Shown here piece after piece: positions 7,942 through 18,900 of a DNA stretch of 64,000 nucleotides. The position numbers and the translations under genes were made by a program. Numbering within the stretch: the first letter of the stretch is position 1; each line of letters starts with the position of its first letter. Source of the stretch: an uncultured Pirellulaceae bacterium (GTDB lineage: Bacteria > Planctomycetota > Planctomycetia > Pirellulales > Pirellulaceae); the NCBI GenBank assembly GCA_964589435.1, contig CAZPTT010000009.1, positions 2,457 through 66,456 on the forward strand, in the 5' to 3' direction. The notes beneath the pieces were generated by a model. The model made no database searches and was not told the DNA's origin. It saw only the letters and a list, made by a program, of their open reading frames with translations.

Positions 7942-10476
7942 TTGAATTCTCATCTGAACACCCAAGACCTTGGCGAGGTAGCGATGCTGAATCTTAGACT
8001 CTCAATCCCAATTCCGTCGCAGCAAAACTCTGCCAAACTTTGGCTGAAACTTGCGATTACTATCGGCTTGACATTTTCACTCAGCGGCATCTCGTTGAGC
8101 CAAGAAACATCAAGCAAGGAAGGCGCGGCTGCCGCAGGAGAAGTTGACGAAGAGTTTCCGGACGCACCATCGGTTCAACTGACCGTCCTGGAATCCAACG
8201 GCAAACCGATCCCGCACGCTGACGTTTCTGTCAGTTGCTGGTTCCAAGATCAACAATACCGGTCAAAGTATCCCCGCGATCAGAAAGCAGACGAAAATGG
8301 CATCGTCACGATAAAGCTTCTTCCAACATTGGAACGAATACGATTTTGGGTTTCTGCTGAGGATCATGTGACTCTATTCTCTGGCTTCGAACCAGGAATG
8401 CTTGCCAATCTCCCGAGTGAAATTACGTTTCGCTTGCAGCGATCTGAATCGATCGGTGGAAAAGTCCTCGACTCCGACGGTAAACCGGTCGCCGGAGCCG
8501 CCATTGAGATCATGAGAAATGGCGGGGGGAGTAAACTCGACACCAATGACTTCTCACAATTGAATACATGGATTGCATTAGATGACGATCCGATACGAAC
8601 CGACGAAGATGGTGAGTGGATGATCGATCAGCGGATTCCAACTGGTGACGATCTTGATCTGAGCTTCATTGTCAAACATCCGGATTTGCTTGGTGATTCA
8701 CGCTGGACATCGATGAGCAAGAAACGGGTCACGCTGAAGCAATTAAAGGAGCGATCGGCGACCTTCACAATGACAAAAGGAGCCAGGCTGAAAGGGACTG
8801 TGGTCGATGATGCTGGTAAACCCATTGAGAATGCGTTGGTCATTTGGGGGGATCGACCGTACTGGGAAAAAGGAAGCCAAGAGATAAAAACAAACTCGGA
8901 CGGTGAATTTCATATCCCAGCGCAGAGCAAATCGAAACCGCTGAACGTGACCGTCGTCGCTCAAGGCTGGATGCCTCAATTGAGAAAGTTCAACCTTGCC
9001 AAGGAAGGGCTCGAGGCGAATTTTTCGATGGCCAAGGGTAAGAAGTTACATTTGAAGTTCGTCGACGCCAACGGAGATCCGGTACCCAAGGTTCGCGTTG
9101 GACTCAAAAAATGGCGGGGCATCGAATCACTCTACAACATCCAGCATCCCAATGTTGTCGATTCCAAAATCCCCACCGTCTCAGACGAAAATGGTGAGTA
9201 CATCTGGGACTGGGCGCCCGATGACGAGGTCACTTATCAAACCGGCAACCGTGAATTTGCTCGGTTCACGGAACGCAAGTTGATCGCCGACGGGACGATC
9301 CAAACGATCGAACTAAAACAAAAATTCTCCCTCGCCGGAACCGTTGTCAATGCAGTGACCAATGAGCCAGTCGACCAGTTTACGATTACGCCGGTAACTT
9401 GTTATCCCGGCGGGCGGGGGATTGCTCAGTCCAACAGCAGCCAGCAGTTTGCGTCCTCCAATTTCACAATGAACGTTGATTCGTTTGGCCATCACGATGG
9501 TAACATCAAGTTCGAAATCGAGTCGCTTGGATTTCGCGTCAAAGTAACCGAAGAGTTTACGAAAGAGGCTAAACCATTTGAGGGCGTGATTGCGATGGAA
9601 CCTGTTCCGTCTCCGACTGGACGAGCCGTCGATACAGCTGGAAACCCTGTCTCGGGCGCTTCAATTTTTGTCTGCACCAAAGACAACGGCGCAATGATCA
9701 ACGGTATCGATGAGTATTTCCAATCGAGCGAGCGAATGTATAAAGCGGGCGAAGATGGAAAATTCCAGTATGCCGCCCAGAATTCGCGAGTTGCCATCAC
9801 CATCGCTTCGCCCGACGGCTATGCAGAGAAATATCTTGAAAGTGACGAGCATCCCGGCGACGTTGTTCTCAAACCCTGGGCGCGAATCGAAGGTCAGTTG
9901 GTTCAAGCCGGCAACCCGGTTCCTGGTGCAACAGTGATGGTCAATCCGATCCGAACATTGGGAAATGAAAACCCTCATGTTCAGGATATTTTTTATACTG
10001 AAACCGACAACGAAGGTCGGTTCGTTTTCGAAAGAGTTCCGCCCATTCCTTGTTCGATCCGTAGTCGACTTTCGCCATGGGAAGACGCTCCCATCACGTC
10101 CAACCGCTCAGTTGCAATCCGACTAGAACCCGGCAAGACTCACCAAATAAGCCTTGGCGGCGAAGGTTTACAAATCGTGGGCAACGTGAAACTCAATGGA
10201 GAATCTACTGATCACATCGAGTTCCGGTACGGTCTCAACACGCTACTCAAAGTCGGCAGCAAGATTGAACTGGAAAAGCACCTCGTCAATCCCGGCCAGT
10301 TTTCTGTTGGCCAGGAGAAAGACGAAATGATGCGGCTCACCGATGGCAGTGGCTCAACAGCCGGCTACGAAACTCACTTTGTCAAAATCAATCCTGACGG
10401 GTCTTTTCTGATCAATGGAGTTGCTCCAGGAGACTATCGTTTTTTACTTCGGGTGTACGAACCGCCCTCTGGCTGA
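7942..10476 (+). CDS. Large exported protein with carboxypeptidase-regulatory-like beta-sandwich repeats (5' part of an in-frame fusion with the TlpA domain)
   Basis: Signal/TM segment and repeated G.V.D..GKP..GA.V...TD.DG.F motifs. Start codon uncertain (7942-7984). Confidence 0.8.
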   Translation: MNSHLNTQDLGEVAMLNLRLSIPIPSQQNSAKLWLKLAITIGLTFSLSGISLSQETSSKEGAAAAGEVDEEFPDAPSVQLTVLESNGKPIPHADVSVSCWFQDQQYRSKYPRDQKADENGIVTIKLLPTLERIRFWVSAEDHVTLFSGFEPGMLANLPSEITFRLQRSESIGGKVLDSDGKPVAGAAIEIMRNGGGSKLDTNDFSQLNTWIALDDDPIRTDEDGEWMIDQRIPTGDDLDLSFIVKHPDLLGDSRWTSMSKKRVTLKQLKERSATFTMTKGARLKGTVVDDAGKPIENALVIWGDRPYWEKGSQEIKTNSDGEFHIPAQSKSKPLNVTVVAQGWMPQLRKFNLAKEGLEANFSMAKGKKLHLKFVDANGDPVPKVRVGLKKWRGIESLYNIQHPNVVDSKIPTVSDENGEYIWDWAPDDEVTYQTGNREFARFTERKLIADGTIQTIELKQKFSLAGTVVNAVTNEPVDQFTITPVTCYPGGRGIAQSNSSQQFASSNFTMNVDSFGHHDGNIKFEIESLGFRVKVTEEFTKEAKPFEGVIAMEPVPSPTGRAVDTAGNPVSGASIFVCTKDNGAMINGIDEYFQSSERMYKAGEDGKFQYAAQNSRVAITIASPDGYAEKYLESDEHPGDVVLKPWARIEGQLVQAGNPVPGATVMVNPIRTLGNENPHVQDIFYTETDNEGRFVFERVPPIPCSIRSRLSPWEDAPITSNRSVAIRLEPGKTHQISLGGEGLQIVGNVKLNGESTDHIEFRYGLNTLLKVGSKIELEKHLVNPGQFSVGQEKDEMMRLTDGSGSTAGYETHFVKINPDGSFLINGVAPGDYRFLLRVYEPPSG

Positions 10477-11001
10477 CTGATTGACCCAATTGGCAGTAAG
10501 TTTATTGCCTTCACAACGAGTGACTTCAACGTTATCGACAATCAGATTGACATGGGCACGATTACCATCGACCTCGCGCCGTTGCCGAAGCCCGGCCAGC
10601 CATTGCCTAATTTCCGATACGCCGATCCTGCCGGCCAAATGAAACAGTCGTCGGATTTGCAAGGCGAAGTCGTCCTCATCGATTTCTGGGCGACTTGGTG
10701 CAAGCCTTGTGTCGCATTGCTTCCCGAAATAGAAGAAATTCATGACTTGCTCGATGACAAAGATGGCTTTCGATTGTTGGGCTTGAACCTAGATTCGGAT
10801 GTTGAAGCTGCGAAGTCATTCTTGGCGGAACGAGACTTGCCGTGGGAACAAGGCTTCCTCGGCACAAAAAAGGACGCGCTAAAATCTCTTGGAATTAGCT
10901 CAGTCCCTCATTATTGCTTGGTTGATGCCGACGGAACGATTTTGGAATGGGGCAGTAACTTCGAAAATATAAAGGCCCGTTTGAAAACCCTGCTCAAATA
11001 G
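10477..11001 (+). CDS. TlpA/ResA-like thioredoxin domain, in frame with the upstream ORF across one TGA
   Basis: VLIDFWATWCKPC and ISSVPHYCLVDADG. The frame is open from 10477; the track calls 10552..11001. Confidence 0.8.
   Translation: MIDPIGSKFIAFTTSDFNVIDNQIDMGTITIDLAPLPKPGQPLPNFRYADPAGQMKQSSDLQGEVVLIDFWATWCKPCVALLPEIEEIHDLLDDKDGFRLLGLNLDSDVEAAKSFLAERDLPWEQGFLGTKKDALKSLGISSVPHYCLVDADGTILEWGSNFENIKARLKTLLK
10492..10509 (+). other. Putative bacterial SECIS-like hairpin
   Basis: GGCAGTA-agtt-TATTGCC, a 7-bp stem with one G-U pair. The loop begins 22 nt after the in-frame TGA and has G at loop position 2. Confidence 0.3.
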
Positions 11002-11138
11002 CCTGCGAAACAGCTTTGGCGAAAATAATGCAGCTGGCTCTCTAGGCCGCGAAACCGTTGGCGAAAACGTGGAACGATCCTCGGTTATAATCGTCATTCA
11101 ATCAGGATTTCGATATCACTATTTGAGAGGTCAGTGTT

Positions 11139-13838
11139 ATGTCGGTTGACGATTACCCAAACGGCACCACGGGCGAGGTGTTTCTCAACTCGCCACTTTC
11201 AGGTGTCTTCAATCACTGCCCTCCCGAAGGCGGTGATGGTTCCGAGCTGACATTCGACAGTGACGGTTTCTTTTTCCGCGGCGAGTCAAACAAGCTCTAC
11301 GAAATAATCATAACCGTCGACGGCGGGCGGATTCGCAATTTTTACGATCCGTTTAGCAACTCGGAACTAGAACACTCCAGCGTACAACTGTTGGAACATA
11401 ACAACACAGCAACGTCCCGGATGATTGTCTCGACACGCCCCGGAACCAGCTCCAGTTCACCAACCGTATACTTCAACATCGACAACGTAGGCCTTGGCGA
11501 ACGAGACCAAAATTACACGATCAATGTCACGGAGCACGAAGTACCCATCGGAACTTCGACACTCGTACACCTGTTCGAAAATAAAGTACGTCATGGCCTG
11601 ATCGACAGCGGCGCAGATCGCGACTCCTATTTGGTGAAACTCGAAAAGGACTTCACCTACCGATTTGACATGCGCGGAGACAGCACCAACAACGGCTCAC
11701 TCACTGACCCATCGCTGAGCCTCTACAACGGAAATTACACTCCATTACGTTTTGACGACAACGGCGGAGTTGGTCAGGACGCGAGCTTCGCCTATGTGGC
11801 ACCGGTGAGTGGCTACTACTACGTCGAGGCGTCAGCAAATCAAGTCGCCGGTTCATACGAACTTGAATTTGAAGTCATTGACTTTCCAGATGATGCGCCT
11901 GCTCACCCCGGCACCAACAGTCGGCTGGAATTGATTCCCAATTCGTATTCTTCGCTTACGGGCACGATCGAGATCCAAGGCGATCTTGATTGGCATCAGG
12001 TCGACCTAATTGCAGGTCGTTGGTACGAAATCTCTTTCGCAGGAGGTATGCCGGCTCAATTGTTCGACACAAACTACCAGCGTATCGACAGAGCATTGCC
12101 CAGTTCGTCACCAGTTAAACCCAACTACTTTCGCGCAACCCAGACCGGGACTCACTTTATCGAAGTCGGATCCCGTTCACCATTTTCTCAGCAAACCGGC
12201 GGATATTCCATCTTGGTCGGCGACAACTCAGTCGCCCAAGCCTTTGGTCATAGCTCCATTGACTTGGTTGGCAACGCAACTCGTTCGCTCAGCACGATCT
12301 TCTATCCCAATGACTTTCCCGCTGAGCGACTCCAATTGGTCTCAGAGGCAGACTTCTTCATTGGCGATTCGATCTACGATCGCTACCTGCTGCACAATAT
12401 TCCTATCGACCAAATTGCCGATGTTCGGTTCGAAGGTGGCTTGCAACGAGGCGATTACGATGTCAGCGTCAGAGCCGTCGGCGGCGGCACGACAACGCCT
12501 TGGATACAAACGGTCGTTTCATCGACGATCGATCCGACCGCCGTTTTGGGAATCAACCAAAAATGGGACAGCTCCAATACCGAATTGCAAACTGACGATG
12601 TGGTCACGTACCGGTTTGCCGATTCCGTACCATCGTATTTCGCCGACGACCGCTTCGCCGGATTCGCTGCCGTCAGCGATCAAGTTCGCCAGGCATTTGA
12701 GGGCATTCTTGGCTTCACGACGATCAACGGAGAACGAGGATTATCCAGCTTGCTTGATGTCAATTTTGAATTGAGTGACTCCGAAACAGCGGACATTCAA
12801 ATCTTCACCGCTGACGCAACGGATCGGGCCATCGGCTATTTCCCAGGCAAAGCCGGTTTTGGGGATATCGTTCTAGATAACGATCTATTCTCCGGTGCGG
12901 CAACCGCAGAACCTGGCGGCGAAGAGTATTTTGACATCTTAAAATCAGTCGCCTCCGCCATCGGCATGAAACACTTTACAACCGACTTTGATCGTCAAGA
13001 GTCGATCGTCGGACTGAAATATTCTGACACAACTGGTCAACCCTTTCCGGAATCCTACGGTACTCAAGACATTCAATTTCTCGGTTCTCTTTATGGAATC
13101 GCGCCAAATCGGCAACTAACAGGCAACACCGATTCACTTGGCTCGACCGATGAGACTTTCGTGCGAACGATTTTTGAAGAGTCGAATGCGAGCGCAATTT
13201 CGGCCGAATCATCACCACGAGCGGCAAGCATCGATCTTAGGCCAGGTGCAATCAGCCATTTGCTTGGCGGTGGCCCTTGGCAAAGCTACGCAGTTGGAGA
13301 ATCAGTCTACGTTAATCGCGCCCTCGGTAGTCAATTCAATGACCAACTCACGGGCTCGCACTTCACCAATCGAATTGAAGGCTACGGCGGCGATGATGTC
13401 ATTGCTGGTCTAAGCGGAGACGATCAACTACTGGGCGGACTTGGCAACGATACATATCTTTATGAAACAGGAGACGGTAACGACTGGATTTTGGAAGAAG
13501 GCACCAATCGAGCCGAAGGCGGTATCGACACGATTCAAATCAAAGGTAAATTCGGTTTGGATCGACTTGAGGATGACCTTTCGTTTCGCAGGAATGGCGA
13601 CCATTTATTGATCGACTTAAACATGAACGGTGAAGACAATCGCTCATCCGGCCAAATTGATGTCCGCTACATGAGCTATGAACCGTGGCAAGTTGAAAGA
13701 CTTGACCTGAGAAACTTCTCGACAGAGTTAGGCGTCATCAGCCTCGTTTCAATCTGGGAAGGCGCGACAGAGCAAAGTCAACGATTCGCGCTGACAGGAA
13801 CCTCAGACGCTTTCGGTTTGGTCGCTGCTCCCGTTTAG
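11139..13838 (+). CDS. Serralysin-like/RTX Ca-binding protein with PPC domains; zinc site degenerate
   Basis: PPC-type repeats (G.I....D.D...V.L.....Y); serralysin-like core; GG.G.D nonapeptides (GYGGDDVI, GGLGNDTY, GDGNDWI); no signal peptide. Confidence 0.75.
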   Translation: MSVDDYPNGTTGEVFLNSPLSGVFNHCPPEGGDGSELTFDSDGFFFRGESNKLYEIIITVDGGRIRNFYDPFSNSELEHSSVQLLEHNNTATSRMIVSTRPGTSSSSPTVYFNIDNVGLGERDQNYTINVTEHEVPIGTSTLVHLFENKVRHGLIDSGADRDSYLVKLEKDFTYRFDMRGDSTNNGSLTDPSLSLYNGNYTPLRFDDNGGVGQDASFAYVAPVSGYYYVEASANQVAGSYELEFEVIDFPDDAPAHPGTNSRLELIPNSYSSLTGTIEIQGDLDWHQVDLIAGRWYEISFAGGMPAQLFDTNYQRIDRALPSSSPVKPNYFRATQTGTHFIEVGSRSPFSQQTGGYSILVGDNSVAQAFGHSSIDLVGNATRSLSTIFYPNDFPAERLQLVSEADFFIGDSIYDRYLLHNIPIDQIADVRFEGGLQRGDYDVSVRAVGGGTTTPWIQTVVSSTIDPTAVLGINQKWDSSNTELQTDDVVTYRFADSVPSYFADDRFAGFAAVSDQVRQAFEGILGFTTINGERGLSSLLDVNFELSDSETADIQIFTADATDRAIGYFPGKAGFGDIVLDNDLFSGAATAEPGGEEYFDILKSVASAIGMKHFTTDFDRQESIVGLKYSDTTGQPFPESYGTQDIQFLGSLYGIAPNRQLTGNTDSLGSTDETFVRTIFEESNASAISAESSPRAASIDLRPGAISHLLGGGPWQSYAVGESVYVNRALGSQFNDQLTGSHFTNRIEGYGGDDVIAGLSGDDQLLGGLGNDTYLYETGDGNDWILEEGTNRAEGGIDTIQIKGKFGLDRLEDDLSFRRNGDHLLIDLNMNGEDNRSSGQIDVRYMSYEPWQVERLDLRNFSTELGVISLVSIWEGATEQSQRFALTGTSDAFGLVAAPV

Positions 13839-13909
13839 ATGACGTCGATAGAGAATATTCTTCCGAGCTGATTTGAACCTTTAACTTCCAATCCTATTAT
13901 TGAAACTAC

Positions 13910-14854
13910 ATGAACATTATTCGCAATCCGCTTTGCTTTATTGCCTTCCTGGCCATGGCCGCCGTGTTTTCAACAAACGGATTGTGCCAGGATTCAAAAC
14001 CGAAAAGCGCCGCCAAGAAGAAGAAACCGAAGTACGCCGACTCTAGCGAAACTTACAAAAAAGTAGGTGAGCGAGAGCTGAAACTTTACATTACCCGACC
14101 TGACGGTTGGGCGGCGACAGACCAACGGCCGGCTGTTGTATTTTTTCATGGAGGTGGCTGGGTCGGTGGCGCACCGGGGCAATTTGACGAACACTGTAAG
14201 CACTTGTCGTCTCGGGGCATGACCTGCATCCAGGTCGAATACCGTTTGTTGCCAAAACCGAATTGGAAAAAAGACAAGCCTGAAATATCCAAAACGAAAT
14301 CCAGTTCCGATACTCCAGCCATTTGTATCAACGATGCAAAATCGGCCATGCGATGGGTGCGTAGCCATGCAAAAGAATTGGGCATCGACCCAAATCGAAT
14401 TGCCTCCGGAGGTGGTTCAGCGGGAGGCCACTTAGCGGCATTTCTTGGAACAACGGATGGTTCAGACGACGCCCAAGATGATCTATCAGTCTCCGCCCGC
14501 TCCAATGCGATGCTGCTTTTCAATCCCGTTTACGACAACGGCCCCAACGGTTGGGGCAGGGCTCGGGTTGGTGATCGGTATCAAGAATTTTCGCCAGCCC
14601 ACAACATCAGTAAAGATGATGCACCAGCGATTGTTTTCTTGGGAACTGAAGACAAACTAATTCCCGTCGATACGGCCAAAAAGTTTCAAGCCCAAATGAA
14701 AGAGCTTGGCTTGAAGAGCGAGCTGCATCTCTATGAAGGTGCCGAGCATGGCTTTTTCAATTCGGGTAAGAAATGGTTCCCAATGACGATCGTCGAGATG
14801 GACAAATTCTTGACGGAACTTGGCTGGCTTAAAGGCGAGCCGACCGTTAAGTAA
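13910..14854 (+). CDS. Exported alpha/beta hydrolase (HSL/BD-FAE-like esterase)
   Basis: HGGGW oxyanion motif, GGSAGG nucleophile, GTEDKLI Asp, GAEHGFFN His, and a signal peptide. Confidence 0.9.
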   Translation: MNIIRNPLCFIAFLAMAAVFSTNGLCQDSKPKSAAKKKKPKYADSSETYKKVGERELKLYITRPDGWAATDQRPAVVFFHGGGWVGGAPGQFDEHCKHLSSRGMTCIQVEYRLLPKPNWKKDKPEISKTKSSSDTPAICINDAKSAMRWVRSHAKELGIDPNRIASGGGSAGGHLAAFLGTTDGSDDAQDDLSVSARSNAMLLFNPVYDNGPNGWGRARVGDRYQEFSPAHNISKDDAPAIVFLGTEDKLIPVDTAKKFQAQMKELGLKSELHLYEGAEHGFFNSGKKWFPMTIVEMDKFLTELGWLKGEPTVK

Positions 14855-14888
14855 GCCAGTGATTGGGGTACCGCTATCATCCTACAGC

Positions 14889-15329
14889 TTAAACGGTCAC
14901 TGCATTACTGTTTCGGTACAACCAGATAATTAACAGCCCGGCAATCGCGATCGGAATGCCTTCCACCGCTGTCCAGTACCAAGGCATTGGGCTGGTTAGA
15001 TCGATGCCGAACATAACCAAACCAATCACGACATGCAGCCAACCGAACACCGGCACAATGGGCCAATAGCGATCGAGATCGAAAGAGACAAATAGCATCA
15101 AACAACCATGGACGGCATACAACAGCGACGTCGACCGCGCCAGATACATCGTAATGGGCGCGGCGGGAAAATCGCCCAGTCCCAACCAGCCATGGATTGT
15201 CGCCATCCACGAAACTGGAAAGAAAATTGGGACGGTTGCAACCATTAACCCGCAACCAACAACGGCCAACATTAAACGTAGCCAAGTCTTCGAACGACTG
15301 GCAACGGGTTGTGGATTTGAGCTGTTCAT
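14889..15329 (-). CDS. Hypothetical membrane protein with about 4 TM segments
   Basis: Four hydrophobic segments, ATG start, convergent with the esterase gene. Confidence 0.75.
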   Translation of the reverse strand: MNSSNPQPVASRSKTWLRLMLAVVGCGLMVATVPIFFPVSWMATIHGWLGLGDFPAAPITMYLARSTSLLYAVHGCLMLFVSFDLDRYWPIVPVFGWLHVVIGLVMFGIDLTSPMPWYWTAVEGIPIAIAGLLIIWLYRNSNAVTV

Positions 15330-15417
15330 GAAACGATCGTACTCCCGAAAAGCGACTTACTCAAGCTAAGCCATAGGCGAGAACAGCTTTAGTCGAGATA
15401 AATCAACCGAGTCGAAA

Positions 15418-15906
15418 ATGGAATTCGAAGAAGACGAATTGACGGCGTACCACGAAGCGGGGCACGTTGTGATGGCTTTGCAAACGGGCGGTACGATTGT
15501 TCGCGCGTCAATCGAGCCACCAGATGATGATGGCCCCAACCGATACGGCGAAACAATAACGAGTTGGCGTCAAATCACAGAAGCCGAAACATGCCGAGCC
15601 GAAATCGCCGTCAGCCTTGGCGGCCCGGTCGCCGAAATGATCTACACCAATGAGATGCGCGACTTGGAATCCGTTCCAGAATGGCACGCGGATTGGCAAC
15701 GCGTGCTAATTTCTGCGGTTCATTTTTCCAATCACGAAGCCAAGGCTCGTCGCATGATCGAGCAAAGCAAACAGGCCGTTCATTCACTACTGGATAGCGA
15801 AAATGGCTGGGCTGCCGTCGCCGCGATCGCCGATTTACTGCTGACTCACGACACCGTCGAACATGAGCAATGTCAAGAAACGGTTGGGTTTTGGTTACGT
15901 CGGTAG
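15418..15906 (+). CDS. Stand-alone M41 (FtsH protease-domain)-like zinc peptidase
   Basis: TAYHEAGHVVMA and LGGPVAE resemble FtsH AYHEAGH...LGGRAAE. No AAA domain. Confidence 0.7.
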   Translation: MEFEEDELTAYHEAGHVVMALQTGGTIVRASIEPPDDDGPNRYGETITSWRQITEAETCRAEIAVSLGGPVAEMIYTNEMRDLESVPEWHADWQRVLISAVHFSNHEAKARRMIEQSKQAVHSLLDSENGWAAVAAIADLLLTHDTVEHEQCQETVGFWLRR

Positions 15907-15981
15907 GCATATCAGCAAGCGCAGCGCCCAAGCGAGCGTATTTCGAACGAGCACGACGTGATTGGGAATTCGAAATCAACC

Positions 15982-18900
15982 CTAACCGCGGCCACCCCAC
16001 TTCGGTGCAGGTGGCGCTTTAGCCGAGAGATTCTTCTGATCGATCAACATTTCCACCGATGTTTTTCCAAGCAGTTCCTTTAACCGGCGTGTCATCTGCT
16101 CGTTGATCTCGACTTTCTTATTGGACGTCATTTCGACGCGCATGCCATTGTCCAAAACAAGTTCGATCTTTAGCTCTCGATTGCCCGGATAGCCACGCAA
16201 AATCTCGTAAGCCTTTTTGAGACCTTCATGACCATGATGGTTCTGATCGATCATGATTTTGATGCCTTGTGTCAGGTTCTCATCCAACTGAGCGAGTGGA
16301 ATGACCTTGTCCACAATCAAGTTCGCTTCATCACCACCTCGGTAATCCAATCGGCCTTGAAGCACGACAACACCGTCGGCAACAACCATATGGCCCTGCT
16401 TGGCATAATCTTGCGGCCAAAGAATGCACCGAATCGCTCCATCAACGTCTTCCAAATCGAACATCGCATATTTGGTTGGCGAGTTTGGATCACGTGGATT
16501 CTTGACGTGCGATTGTTTTAGTGCCGAGATCATTCCGCCCATGCTGACGCGATCGCGATCTTTTGTGCCTTCAAGACCTGACGTTTTATGTGAGCAATAG
16601 CGAGTGAGCTGATCTTCATAGGCGGCCAGCGGGTGACTGGTGAGATAAAAACCAAGCACTTCTTTTTCCGCCGCCAGCGTTTCCCGCTCTTCCGCCTCAG
16701 GCACATCCGGATAGTCGACAATCGATTCTGCTTCATCGTCATCGTCGTCATCATCGCCACCAAACATATTCATTTGGCCACTTTGTTTATCTCGCAGCAG
16801 TGCAGCACCCGATTGCATCGCGCGCTCCATAACGGCAAACAATTGGGCTCGATTGACGCCAAAACAATCCATCGCGCCGGCCTTGATTAAACATTCAATC
16901 GAAGACCGACCGCACTTCTGAGCTTCAACACGTTCGCAAAAATCAAACAGGCTCTTGAATGGGCCATTCTCTTTTCGTTCCTTGGCGATCGATTCCGCTG
17001 CTCCCGTTCCGCAACCCTTGATCGCCGACATCGCAAAAAAGACTTTGCCATCGGCAACTGTGAATTCGACATCCGATTCGTTGACATTGGGCGCAACGAC
17101 TTCGATATCCATCCGCTCGCAGTCTTCCATGTGCTCGACCAGTGAGTCTTTACTGGTAAAGTTTCGACCTGGAATATCGCCCGAGAGCAACGCCGCCATA
17201 AACTCAACGGGATAATGAGTTTTCAGATAGGCCGTTTGCCAAGCCACCAAAGCGTATGCCGTTGAGTGGCTTTTGTTGAAACCGTAACCCGCAAATTTGA
17301 GGATCATGTCCCACATGTCTTGAGCGTCTTTTTTGGAAAGACCTTGCTCGACGGCACCTTCCATGAACTGCTCGTAGTTCTGCGCGATCAATGCTTCTTT
17401 CTTTTTACTGATCGCTTTAATACAGGTGTACGCAGCAGCGAGTTGGATTTTTCCCAGTCGGTTCAGGATCTGCATCACCTGTTCCTGATAGACCATCACG
17501 CCGTGCGTTTCCTCATGAATATCCTTGAGGACGTCCAGTTTATATTCGGCTGGCCGTCGACCGTTTTTCACGTCGACGTATTGTTGAACCATCCCTCCTT
17601 CCAGCGGACCGGGACGATACAGAGCATTGGTCGCGATAATATCGCTGAAGTGATCGGGCTTCATTTTTTGCAACAGGTCACGAATCCCGCCACTTTCCAA
17701 TTGAAACACGCCCTTAGTTTCACCGCTCTGAAGCAACGCAAACGTTGGTTTGTCATCGAGTGGAAACTTCAGGATATCAAGACGCTCGCCAGTCGTTTGT
17801 TCAATCAGATCGACCGAGTTGCGCAAAATCGTCAACGTTCGCAATCCAAGAAAATCCATCTTCAGCAAGCCAGCCGCTTCAACGTCATTCATCGACCATT
17901 GGGTGATGACATCAGTTTTTCCGGCGACCCGGCCCAGCGGCACGTAGTCGGTAAGCGGGCCATCGCCAATCACCACGGCCGCCGCGTGCGTTCCAATATT
18001 TCGCGCCAAACCTTCTAGCTTTCGTGCGAAATCCAGCATCTCGGCAATCTCAGGATCGCCTTCATAAACGCTTTTCAATTCCTCACTGGAAGCGATCGCT
18101 TGGTCGAGCGTGATCCCCAATTGATCAGGCACCATTCCGGTGACTTGATTGACGCGAGCCAATGGAATGCCAAGCGCCCGACCAACGTCTTTGATGGCGG
18201 CACGTGCTTTCATCGTTCCAAACGTGCCGATCTGGGCGACACTTTCTTCGCCGTACTTTTCTTTGACGTAGCGAATGATGTCGCCCCGACGTTCTTTGCA
18301 AAAGTCGATATCGATATCGGGCGCTTCTAAACGATTTTCGTCAAGGAATCTTTCGAACAGCAAGCCGTATTTGATCGGGCAAACGTGACTGAGGTAAGTC
18401 GCGTAACAAACGATTGCACCGACACCACTTCCACGAGCTGTGGCGGGCACATTTTGCTTACGAGCTTGGTCGACGAAGTCCCAACAAATCAAGAAATAGT
18501 TGGCGAAACCAAGCTTCCTGATGACTCCCAATTCTCGTTCGAGCCGATCAATCACGACCTGCGCAAATTTTCCATCGGAGTACATTTCGGGATTATCGCT
18601 ATAACGATCGCGAAGCCCTTCGTAACACAATTCACTCAACCGTTCATCGGGATCTTTGCCTTCGGGCAGTTGGAAAACCGGGAAAAATCGCTTACCAAGT
18701 TCAAGCTCAATATCGACGGTGTTCGCAATTTCCTGGCTGCGCGCGACGGCGTCTTCAAGGCCAGGAAATTTTGTATACATCTCTTCTGGCGGGCGAAGGT
18801 AAAACTGGTCACCTTCCATTTTCATCCGCTGAGCGTCGGTTCGAAACTTGCCCATGTTGATGCACAACATGACGTCTTGGGCTTCCGCATCTTCTTTGTC

